A stretch of 64,000 nucleotides of DNA from Bacteroidales bacterium UBA4772 (GTDB taxonomy: Bacteria > Bacteroidota > Bacteroidia > Bacteroidales > VadinHA17). The stretch covers positions 58,482 to 122,481 of the forward strand of contig DHHM01000016.1 of assembly GCA_002403305.1 (NCBI GenBank). Direction: 5' to 3'. The notes under the pieces were generated by a model. That model was not told where the DNA came from, did not search any database, and saw only the letters and a list, made by a program, of their open reading frames with translations. Made by a program: the position numbers and the translations under genes. The first letter of the stretch is position 1. Each line of letters starts with the position of its first letter. This document shows positions 57,278-64,000 of this stretch, piece by piece.

Positions 57278-58650
57278 CGGAGAAAGAGTTTAAAAGATCA
57301 GTGCTGACGGTCACTGCCTTCGCCTCATTTCTGACCCCTTTTATGGGTTCGGCGGTCAACCTGGCACTCCCCTCCATCGGTGAGGAGTTCAGTCTCAATG
57401 CCGTCACCCTCAACTGGATTGTCAGCAGCTACATGCTTACCACCTCCATGCTGCTCCTTCCTGCAGGAAGGGCCGGGGATATACTGGGACGCAGGAAGAT
57501 CTTCACCGCGGGGATGATTGTTTTCACTTTCTCGATGATACTTCTGACCTTCACCCCCGGCATACGATGGCTTATCGCTGTAAGGATACTGCAGGGGGTG
57601 GGAGGAGCCATGATGTTCGGCACAAACATGGCGATACTGACCTCGGTCTTCCCTCCCGGAGAGAGAGGCAGGGCCATGGGAATAAATGTCACGGCAGTAT
57701 ATGCCGGCCTTGCCTCAGGACCCTTTCTGGGAGGGTTGCTGACGCGCTATCTGGGCTGGAGAAGCATCTTCGCCTTTCTAATACCCATGGGAATTATCAG
57801 CCTGATACTTATCCGTACCCGCATGAAGAAAGAATGGGCTGATGCCAGGGGCGAGAGTTTCGACTGGCAGGGATCGGTGGTCTACGGTCTGGCGATGGCG
57901 GCACTGATGTACGGCTTCTCCAAACTGCCCTCGCCGGCGGGGTGGATCATAACAGGCGCCGGCCTGTTGCTCATGCCGCTCTTCATCATGAGGGAGAAGA
58001 GAGCAGTTCACCCGCTGTTCGACATAACACTCATCTCCAGAAACAGGGTCTTTGCCTTTTCAAGCCTCGCCGCACTTATCCATTATGCCGCCACCAGTGC
58101 CGTAGGCTTCTTTCTGAGCCTGTTCCTGCAGTATATCAAGGATATGGGACCCCGTGACGCGGGGTTCGTGCTCATGTCATTGCCTGTCACAATGACACTG
58201 ATATCACCTCTTGCCGGCAAGCTGTCAGACCATCATAACCCGGGAGTGCTCGCCTCCATAGGCATGGCCATATCCACGGCCGGACTGATATTACTCTGCT
58301 TTCTTACCGAACAGACTTCGATTCTGTTCATTGTTGTGGTACTGCTGATTATGGGAGCCGGATTCTCGCTCTTCTCATCACCAAATTCAAATGCCATAAT
58401 GAGCTCCGTTGAGAAAAGACAGCTGGGAAATGCCTCAGGCATGCTTGGCACCATGAGAAACGTGGGCCAGACATTCAGTATGGCAATAGCACTGATGCTG
58501 CTGGCACTCTACATGGGTCAGGAAAAGATCGGCCCGGCAAACTACCCTCAGCTGATGAATTCGATGAAGAGCGCGTTTATCGTCTTCTCCGTCCTCTGCT
58601 TAGCGGGTGTTTTCGCCTCCCTGGCGCGAAATAAAAATCTTCGGCGGTAG
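57274..58650 (+). CDS. MFS transporter, 14-TMS DHA2 (EmrB/QacA)-like
   Basis: 458 aa with ~14 hydrophobic segments and the GRAGDILGRRKIF motif A. 4-nt overlap with dtd. Confidence 0.9.
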   Translation: MTEKEFKRSVLTVTAFASFLTPFMGSAVNLALPSIGEEFSLNAVTLNWIVSSYMLTTSMLLLPAGRAGDILGRRKIFTAGMIVFTFSMILLTFTPGIRWLIAVRILQGVGGAMMFGTNMAILTSVFPPGERGRAMGINVTAVYAGLASGPFLGGLLTRYLGWRSIFAFLIPMGIISLILIRTRMKKEWADARGESFDWQGSVVYGLAMAALMYGFSKLPSPAGWIITGAGLLLMPLFIMREKRAVHPLFDITLISRNRVFAFSSLAALIHYAATSAVGFFLSLFLQYIKDMGPRDAGFVLMSLPVTMTLISPLAGKLSDHHNPGVLASIGMAISTAGLILLCFLTEQTSILFIVVVLLIMGAGFSLFSSPNSNAIMSSVEKRQLGNASGMLGTMRNVGQTFSMAIALMLLALYMGQEKIGPANYPQLMNSMKSAFIVFSVLCLAGVFASLARNKNLRR

Positions 58651-58680
58651 CCTTAACTCTACTTTTTGTTTGCTTTTCAT

Positions 58681-58774
58681 TCGGTTATTTAATTATTATT
58701 TTATTGGTCAAATGGAACTTACATGAATTTGACAATCAATACCTGTTGCGAGTTCCTGCTCATGCAAGTTTCAT
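58681..58774 (-). repeat. palindromic cassette copy E2 (94 nt)
   Basis: Minus-strand reading: ATGAAACTTGCATGAGCAGGAACTCGCAACAGGTATTGATTGTCAAATTCATGTAAGTTCCATTTGACCAATAAAATAATAATTAAATAACCGA, then ATG at 58680..58678. Near-identical to D2. Confidence 0.9.
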
Positions 58775-58845
58775 TGGTCGAATGGAACTTACATGGAGTA
58801 AAACAATCATAACCTTTTGCGAGTTGCTGCTCATGTAAGTTTCAT
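58775..58845 (-). repeat. palindromic cassette copy E1 (71 nt short form)
   Basis: Minus-strand reading: ATGAAACTTACATGAGCAGCAACTCGCAAAAGGTTATGATTGTTTTACTCCATGTAAGTTCCATTCGACCA. Confidence 0.88.
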
Positions 58846-58917
58846 TAAAAACAATTAAATTGACCCCTGTTTGCCTGAGGGCAGATAATGTCTGTTTTTT
58901 ATTACATATCATTAATT

Positions 58918-59790
58918 ATGACTAAATTATACAAGAAACTACTGAACCACGACTACTCACCCGGGGAGATGGGTGAATGCATTACCGAGGCTCAAAGGAT
59001 GACCACTTCAGTGGAGAGAGGCCCTCTTTTGAAAGATATTTTTTCCATGATTGACCTGACAAGCCTCAACACCTCCGACAGCGAAGGAACAATAGGCAGT
59101 TTTGCAGAGAGAGCAGCTTCATTCCGTTACAGTTTCAGCGGGATAAACAATGTTGCCGCCCTCTGCGTCTATCCCAACTTTATCACCGTTGCCCGCCAGG
59201 GCCTGAGCGACTGCGGGATCAGGCTTGCTGCCGTCGCGGCATCCTTTCCCACCTCCCAGACATTCCTGGAGATCAAGACTCTGGAGACGGCACTGGCAGT
59301 AAGGATGGGCGCTGATGAGGTTGATGTGGTCATTCCCGTGGGAACATTCCTTGAAGGGGCATACGAAAAGGTGATAGATGAACTGAAGGCTGTAAGGCAG
59401 GCAGCAGGAGAGGCTACCCTCAAGATAATACTGGAAACGGGGCTACTCAAGGACGAAAGGAACATCTACAGGGCATCTATAATCGCCATGGATACCGGTG
59501 CTGATTTTATCAAGACCTCAACGGGAAAGAGCCCTGTCTCCGCAACACCCGAGGCAGCATGGGTGATGTGCCGTGCAATACGTGACTACTGGAATGAGAC
59601 CGGCATAATGGTTGGCTTTAAGCCCGCAGGCGGGATTGTCACTCCTGATGATGCCCTGGTCTATTATTTCATCGTCAGGAACATGCTTGGAGAAAAATGG
59701 CTGACGGCTGAATACTTCAGGATCGGCGCATCAAGACTTGCCAATAACATACTGGCAGAACTGTACCCCGGCAAGCCTGCCTTCTTTTAA
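58918..59790 (+). CDS. deoC: deoxyribose-phosphate aldolase (long form)
   Basis: DLTSLN..., EVDVVIPVG, LKIILETG, ADFIKTSTGK (Schiff-base lysine). Start at MTKLYKK (58918). Confidence 0.9.
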   Translation: MTKLYKKLLNHDYSPGEMGECITEAQRMTTSVERGPLLKDIFSMIDLTSLNTSDSEGTIGSFAERAASFRYSFSGINNVAALCVYPNFITVARQGLSDCGIRLAAVAASFPTSQTFLEIKTLETALAVRMGADEVDVVIPVGTFLEGAYEKVIDELKAVRQAAGEATLKIILETGLLKDERNIYRASIIAMDTGADFIKTSTGKSPVSATPEAAWVMCRAIRDYWNETGIMVGFKPAGGIVTPDDALVYYFIVRNMLGEKWLTAEYFRIGASRLANNILAELYPGKPAFF

Positions 59791-59799
59791 TCGCCGGGG

Positions 59800-60660
59800 A
59801 TGATCACCGTCACCGGAGATACTGTCACCGCTCCTGCTGCCGACACCCTTACAGGTGCAGCCAGGGGCAATACCTTCAGCATAGGCAGGTTCCTCCCGCT
59901 GAACGAAGAACATGTGCTGACCGGCGTTGGCACTCAGGCCGGCGGCATCCTCAGGACTGACATCATTCAGCAGGCAGAACGCGTTGCCGGTCTGCCACTG
60001 CCGCCGGAAAAGATGAATTCCGACTTCGGGTTCATCATTCTCTCACTCTCCCTCCTGCTGCTGACACTGCTGACAGTCATAGCCCGTAAATCTGTTTTTA
60101 CCGGATTATCATCCCTGAGCTTCCGGAAACAACCGGCGCCGCCCCCCCCGGGCACGTCCGAAGTCTTTACCTGGCCGCCGGTAATACGAAACATCTTCTC
60201 GGCACTTAACATCAGCCTCTTCGCCACTTTATCACTCCTTCTCGCCGGAATCCTGAAGCCGGACAGCCTGGCAGACTCTGTATGGCTTACTGCAATTATT
60301 GCCGGCTCGTTCATTGCAGGAGTGATGCTGAGACATCTTACCAGCATAGTAACCGCGGAGCTCACAGGATGGAAGAACCCCCTGAGGGAATATATGAATG
60401 TCATCTACAACGTGTGGTTTACAACTGCACTTTTACTCTTTCTTCTCAACGCAGTCATCATTTTTTCACCTCTCAACAATCCGCTTCCGGTTATAATTGC
60501 CGGCCTCGCCGTATCTGTCATACTGCTTATTATCAGGGTCTTAAGGCTGTTGGTCATTTTTTACAACTGGCATATTTCGATTTTGTATTACATTTTATAC
60601 CTTTGTGCCCTTGAAGTCTTACCTGTCCTGGTCATTCTCAAAATAATCGGTGTTTTCTGA
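59800..60660 (+). CDS. DUF4271-like polytopic membrane protein
   Basis: 286 aa, 6-7 TM helices. Sits directly upstream of hemD, which is where DUF4271 genes lie in Bacteroidota as I recall. Confidence 0.6.
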   Translation: MITVTGDTVTAPAADTLTGAARGNTFSIGRFLPLNEEHVLTGVGTQAGGILRTDIIQQAERVAGLPLPPEKMNSDFGFIILSLSLLLLTLLTVIARKSVFTGLSSLSFRKQPAPPPPGTSEVFTWPPVIRNIFSALNISLFATLSLLLAGILKPDSLADSVWLTAIIAGSFIAGVMLRHLTSIVTAELTGWKNPLREYMNVIYNVWFTTALLLFLLNAVIIFSPLNNPLPVIIAGLAVSVILLIIRVLRLLVIFYNWHISILYYILYLCALEVLPVLVILKIIGVF

Positions 60661-60681
60661 CCGGCAGGTAATCAGAGGAGG

Positions 60682-61452
60682 TTGAACTTAAAACTTAAGG
60701 CGTTGAAAATTAGGAAGGTATTAGTGTCGCAGCCTGAGCCCAACAATCCGAAATCACCATATTTCGAGCTCGCCAAAAAACACAATCTGAGAATTGATTT
60801 CAAGCAGTTCATTCAGATTGAAGGTATCCCTGCAAAGGATTTCCGTCATCAGAAGATCAATCCGACAGATTACTCAGCCGTTGTTTTTACATCCAAGACG
60901 GCCATTGACCATTTTTTCAGAATCTGTGACGAGATGCGCATCATGGTGCCTGATACCATGAAGTATTTCTGCATCACTGAAAATGTGGCTTTTTACCTCC
61001 AGAAATATATTGTCTACCGCAAGCGCAAAGTCTTTCACGGCAAAGCCAAATTTGAAGATCTCATTGACATTATCGTGAAGCATAAGGAGGAAAACTACCT
61101 TGTTCCTCTCTCCGAGCCCCATAATACTGATATTCCGGACCTGTTGACAAAACAGGGAGTTAACTACACTGTTGCCACCATGTACAGAACAATCAGTGCC
61201 GGATTTGACGGTGAGGAGCTTGACTATGACCTGCTTGTATTCTACAGTCCTTCGGGAATCAAGTCCCTGAAGGAGAATTTCCCCTCCTTTATCCAGGGAG
61301 AGATAAAGATCGCTGCCTTTGGCCCTACTACGGCGGAGGCGGTAACCAATGAGGGTTACCGGCTCGACATTCAGGCACCCAACCCCAAGGCTCCATCCAT
61401 GACAATGGCTCTTGACTGCTTCATACGCGACTTTAACAGGAATAACAAATAG
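60682..61452 (+). CDS. hemD: uroporphyrinogen-III synthase
   Basis: KVLVSQPEPNNPKSPYFELAKKHNLRIDF...VVFTSKTAIDHFFRI...YRKRK pattern of the Bacteroidota HemD family. The true start is probably TTG at 60703 (MKIRKVLVSQP). Confidence 0.8.
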   Translation: MNLKLKALKIRKVLVSQPEPNNPKSPYFELAKKHNLRIDFKQFIQIEGIPAKDFRHQKINPTDYSAVVFTSKTAIDHFFRICDEMRIMVPDTMKYFCITENVAFYLQKYIVYRKRKVFHGKAKFEDLIDIIVKHKEENYLVPLSEPHNTDIPDLLTKQGVNYTVATMYRTISAGFDGEELDYDLLVFYSPSGIKSLKENFPSFIQGEIKIAAFGPTTAEAVTNEGYRLDIQAPNPKAPSMTMALDCFIRDFNRNNK

Positions 61453-61521
61453 AGCTTACTGAAAAGAGACTCTTAATGAAGGCATCCATCCCTGACGCGG
61501 ATCGATGCTTTCTCTTTTGAG

Positions 61522-61914
61522 ATGACACGGAAAAAGGCATCACTGGTTAAGGGAGAAAGGCTCTGCGGGGTAAAGGCCGTCAGCGAACTCTTTGCCCGAG
61601 GAAAGTTACTGAGCGATCCTCCTCTCAGGATAATATACAGGACAGCCCCGGCAGAGAAATCGCTGAGCACCGTAAGAGTGCTCATATCAGTTCCGAAAAG
61701 AAATTTCAAAAAGGCAACTGACCGCAACCTGATAAGAAGGAGAATCAGGGAGGCATGGAGGCTCAACAGAATGCCCCTGATGGAGAGGCTCGACGGCAGC
61801 GGCAGGCGCATGGACCTTGCCATCATATGGAATGACACTCAGATAAGGCCTTATGACTTTGTGGTGAAGTGTGTCACCGGGGTGATCAGCAGATTGACGA
61901 ATCTTAAATATTAA
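61522..61914 (+). CDS. rnpA: ribonuclease P protein component
   Basis: LISVPKRNFKKATDRNLIRRRIREAWR RNR-motif region. 130 aa. Confidence 0.85.
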   Translation: MTRKKASLVKGERLCGVKAVSELFARGKLLSDPPLRIIYRTAPAEKSLSTVRVLISVPKRNFKKATDRNLIRRRIREAWRLNRMPLMERLDGSGRRMDLAIIWNDTQIRPYDFVVKCVTGVISRLTNLKY

Positions 61915-61919
61915 CTTTG
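61912..61919 (+). promoter_or_regulatory. candidate -7 promoter box TAACTTTG
   Basis: TAnnTTTG match that begins with the rnpA stop codon, 14 nt upstream of cassette copy F1. Confidence 0.35.
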
Positions 61920-61933
61920 TGAAAACGGTCTTT

Positions 61934-62026
61934 ATGAACTTGCAAAAGCGGGGACTCTCAATAGGAGATGACGTTAAAACTTCATGCAAGTTCAATCCGG
62001 CCAGTAAAATAAATATTTATACACGA
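61934..62026 (+). repeat. palindromic cassette copy F1 (93 nt, degenerate)
   Basis: ATGAACTTGCAAAAGCGGGGACTCTCAATAGGAGATGACGTTAAAACTTCATGCAAGTTCAATCCGGCCAGTAAAATAAATATTTATACACGA. Confidence 0.8.
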
Positions 62027-62121
62027 ATGAAACTTACAAGAGCAGTAACTTACAATAGGTAATGATTATTTCTCTTCATGTAAGTTCCATTAGACCAATA
62101 AAATAACAATCAAGTAATCTA
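62027..62121 (+). repeat. palindromic cassette copy F2 (95 nt), ends at the ATG of the S41 protease gene
   Basis: ATGAAACTTACAAGAGCAGTAACTTACAATAGGTAATGATTATTTCTCTTCATGTAAGTTCCATTAGACCAATAAAATAACAATCAAGTAATCTA, then ATG at 62122. Confidence 0.9.
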
Positions 62122-63792
62122 ATGAAAAGAGGCAACAGAAAGAGAATATTGCTGATACCGGTGATGGCACTGGCAGCTATGCTTGCGTTGGGGTTTCTGA
62201 TGGGCGGACAGGAGAGCAAGGACTTCAAGCTCACCAGGAATCTTGATATATATATATCGCTTTTCAGGGAGCTGAACGCTTTCTATGTAGATGAGATAGA
62301 CCCTGAAAAGCTTGTCACAAGAAGCATCACAGCGATGCTTTCAACCCTCGATCCATATACTGTCTACTACCCAGAAGAGGAGCGCGAGGATCTCGATTTC
62401 CTCACCACCGGGAAATACGGCGGTTTTGGCTCCCTGATAAGAAAGTCAGGTGACTATATCGTTGTCACCAATGTCTACCGGGGGTTCCCTGCCGACAAGA
62501 ACGGCATCAGGCCGGGTGACATGATGCTTAGTATTGACGGCACATCACTCAAGGGAGTATCCTCCGAGAAGGCTTCTGACATGCTCAAGGGCGAGCCGGG
62601 GACTGCGGCTGAGATAACCTTCAGACGCAACGGGGAAGAGTTTGCGAAAACCATAAAGAGAGAGAGGATATCTATCTCTGCAGTGCCCTATTACGGGATG
62701 ATCGATGATAACACCGGATATATCCGGTTCACCAATTTCACACAAAACTGTATCGCTGAGGTGAGGGATGCTGTCACCGACCTGAAGGATAACCTTGGTG
62801 CCACTGATCTGATACTGGACCTCAGGGGCAATCCCGGTGGCCTTGTCAATGAGGCCGTGGAGATTGTGAATCTGTTTGTTAGGCCCGGACAGGAGGTGGT
62901 GAGCACCAGGGGAAGGGCAAAACAGTATGATGCCGTTTTCCGTACATCCAGAACCCCGGTGGCCCCCGATATGCCGGTGGTGGTCCTGATAAACAGAGGC
63001 TCTGCATCCGCTTCGGAGATAGTGGCCGGGGCATTGCAGGACCTTGATCGCGGGATCATCGTCGGAGAGAGGTCCTACGGCAAGGGGCTGGTGCAGGTGG
63101 CCAGGCCCCTGAGCTACAAGGCACAGCTTAAGGTGACCACGGCAAAATACTATATCCCCAGCGGCAGATGCATACAGGCTGTCGATTTCTCCCACAGGAA
63201 CGAAGACGGCAGCGTAGGACAGATACCGGATTCGCTGATAAAGACATTCACCACCAGGAATGGCAGGCCGGTGAAGGACGGCGGTGGCATCATACCTGAC
63301 CTGCAGGTGGAGTCAGACATGTTCAGCCGCTTCACCAGCGAACTCTATGTTCAGAACATGGTCTTTGACTTCGCCACGGAATACTACTGGTCGAAACCGC
63401 AGCCATCGTCACTCGACAGCCTGAAGGTGACCGACAGTGACCTGGAGCGTTTTGAACAGTTCCTCCGGGATCGCAATTTCTCATACAGCACAGGTTCGGA
63501 ACTTATGCTTGAGGAGCTCGCCTCCGCGGCCAGAGAAGAGAATCTATATGACGCCAACAGCAGTGAGATTGAGAATCTGAAGGCCGGTCTGAGCCATTCG
63601 CTCGACAGGGATATGACTGCACAGAAGAGCGATATCATTGAGCTGCTGGAGTCGGAACTGGCAGGCAGGTATTTCTACGATGCCGGTTCGGTGAGATATT
63701 CGCTGAAACGCGACAGACAGGTGCAGGCAGCAATGGAAATAGCAGGAGACAGGATGCGCTACAACAACCTGCTGAAAGGTGCAGGAGAGTAA
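62122..63792 (+). CDS. S41 family C-terminal processing peptidase with PDZ domain
   Basis: N-terminal membrane/signal anchor, PDZ (GIRPGDMMLSIDG), LDLRGNPGG, LINRGSASASEIVAGALQD. Confidence 0.92.
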   Translation: MKRGNRKRILLIPVMALAAMLALGFLMGGQESKDFKLTRNLDIYISLFRELNAFYVDEIDPEKLVTRSITAMLSTLDPYTVYYPEEEREDLDFLTTGKYGGFGSLIRKSGDYIVVTNVYRGFPADKNGIRPGDMMLSIDGTSLKGVSSEKASDMLKGEPGTAAEITFRRNGEEFAKTIKRERISISAVPYYGMIDDNTGYIRFTNFTQNCIAEVRDAVTDLKDNLGATDLILDLRGNPGGLVNEAVEIVNLFVRPGQEVVSTRGRAKQYDAVFRTSRTPVAPDMPVVVLINRGSASASEIVAGALQDLDRGIIVGERSYGKGLVQVARPLSYKAQLKVTTAKYYIPSGRCIQAVDFSHRNEDGSVGQIPDSLIKTFTTRNGRPVKDGGGIIPDLQVESDMFSRFTSELYVQNMVFDFATEYYWSKPQPSSLDSLKVTDSDLERFEQFLRDRNFSYSTGSELMLEELASAAREENLYDANSSEIENLKAGLSHSLDRDMTAQKSDIIELLESELAGRYFYDAGSVRYSLKRDRQVQAAMEIAGDRMRYNNLLKGAGE

Positions 63793-63810
63793 GATACGGT
63801 TACGGTACTG

Positions 63811-64000
63811 TCAGAATATCTCTTTCTTCCATACAGGCAGCCGCTCCTTGACCATCTCCAGTGTGTGACGGCAAGCACGCGTAGCATGGTCTCGGTGGCC
63901 CGATGTCACCATGATGAAGAGCGATGCCTCGCCGGCTTTGACCATTCCCGTGGAGTGAACCAGCAAAACTTTCCTCACGTCGCTGAAAGCTGCCTTCACC
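63811..64000 (-). CDS. moaE: molybdopterin synthase catalytic subunit, 3' part (5' end beyond the window)
   Basis: C-terminal ...GEASLFIMVTSGHRDHATRACRHTLEMVKERLPVWKKEIF matches the MoaE HR..AF...K...P.WKKE signature. Confidence 0.75.
   Translation of the reverse strand, partial: VKAAFSDVRKVLLVHSTGMVKAGEASLFIMVTSGHRDHATRACRHTLEMVKERLPVWKKEIF

Noticed and set aside
58600-58680. 26-codon minus-strand ORF (MKSKQKVELRLPPKIFISRQGGENTR) after cassette E2
   Set aside because: It lies antisense within the MFS transporter 3' end. It has no hydrophobic signal segment, unlike the other cassette-fed genes, and is very short. It is treated as a stranded start codon, not a gene.

Overview
This is a 64 kb chromosomal segment that looks like a Bacteroidota (class Bacteroidia-like) genome. 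Three things support that call: TAnnTTTG -7 promoter boxes, A/T-rich leaders without Shine-Dalgarno sequences, and typical gene neighbourhoods (DUF4271-hemD, bactofilin-atpZ-atp, BlaR1-TonB fusion). About 62 CDS are supported.

Main gene content:
- A nearly complete F-type ATP synthase unit on the minus strand (bactofilin-atpZ-x-atpBEFHAG-polyprenyl synthase-atpDC-aromatic amino acid decarboxylase).
- The yceD-rpmF-plsX-fabH cluster.
- A LiaF-like/LytS-type kinase/LytTR module.
- A LolA_like + two FtsX permeases + ABC ATPase + beta-barrel cluster.
- A BlaI/BlaR1-TonB pair.
- An ECF sigma/anti-sigma/OMP module.
- pepE, an AsmA-like protein, U32 peptidase, selU, a hybrid histidine kinase, rsgA, PPi-type phosphofructokinase, Crp/Fnr, mntP, dtd, an MFS exporter, deoC, hemD, rnpA, an S41 protease and a partial moaE.

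I saw no rRNA, tRNA, CRISPR array, transposase or integrase.

The most unusual signal is a non-coding ~70-96 nt palindromic cassette present in 10 copies at 6 intergenic loci. Four loci carry tandem pairs.
- It is phased exactly on start codons, with ATGAAA heads at 215, 310 and 405.
- A fixed 24-nt A/T-rich tail precedes the ATG at four gene starts (21 nt at a fifth); all five genes encode exported or membrane proteins.
- ECF-sigma-like -35/-10 architecture is readable on both strands.
- One stem position shows pairing-preserving variation.
I cannot assign it to a named RNA, MITE or REP family from memory.

Other oddities:
- A 7-mer microsatellite hairpin fills a convergent intergenic gap.
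- A 36/48-bp tandem array regenerates -7 boxes upstream of pepE.
- An AT-rich patch carries a DUF4143 ATPase next to an ORF lacking a regulator-type N-terminus.
- Two unrelated gene fragments are fused at a deletion scar.
- A GH16-like protein lacks the ExDxxE catalytic motif.

All calls rest on reading the sequence and motif recall. No database search was run.
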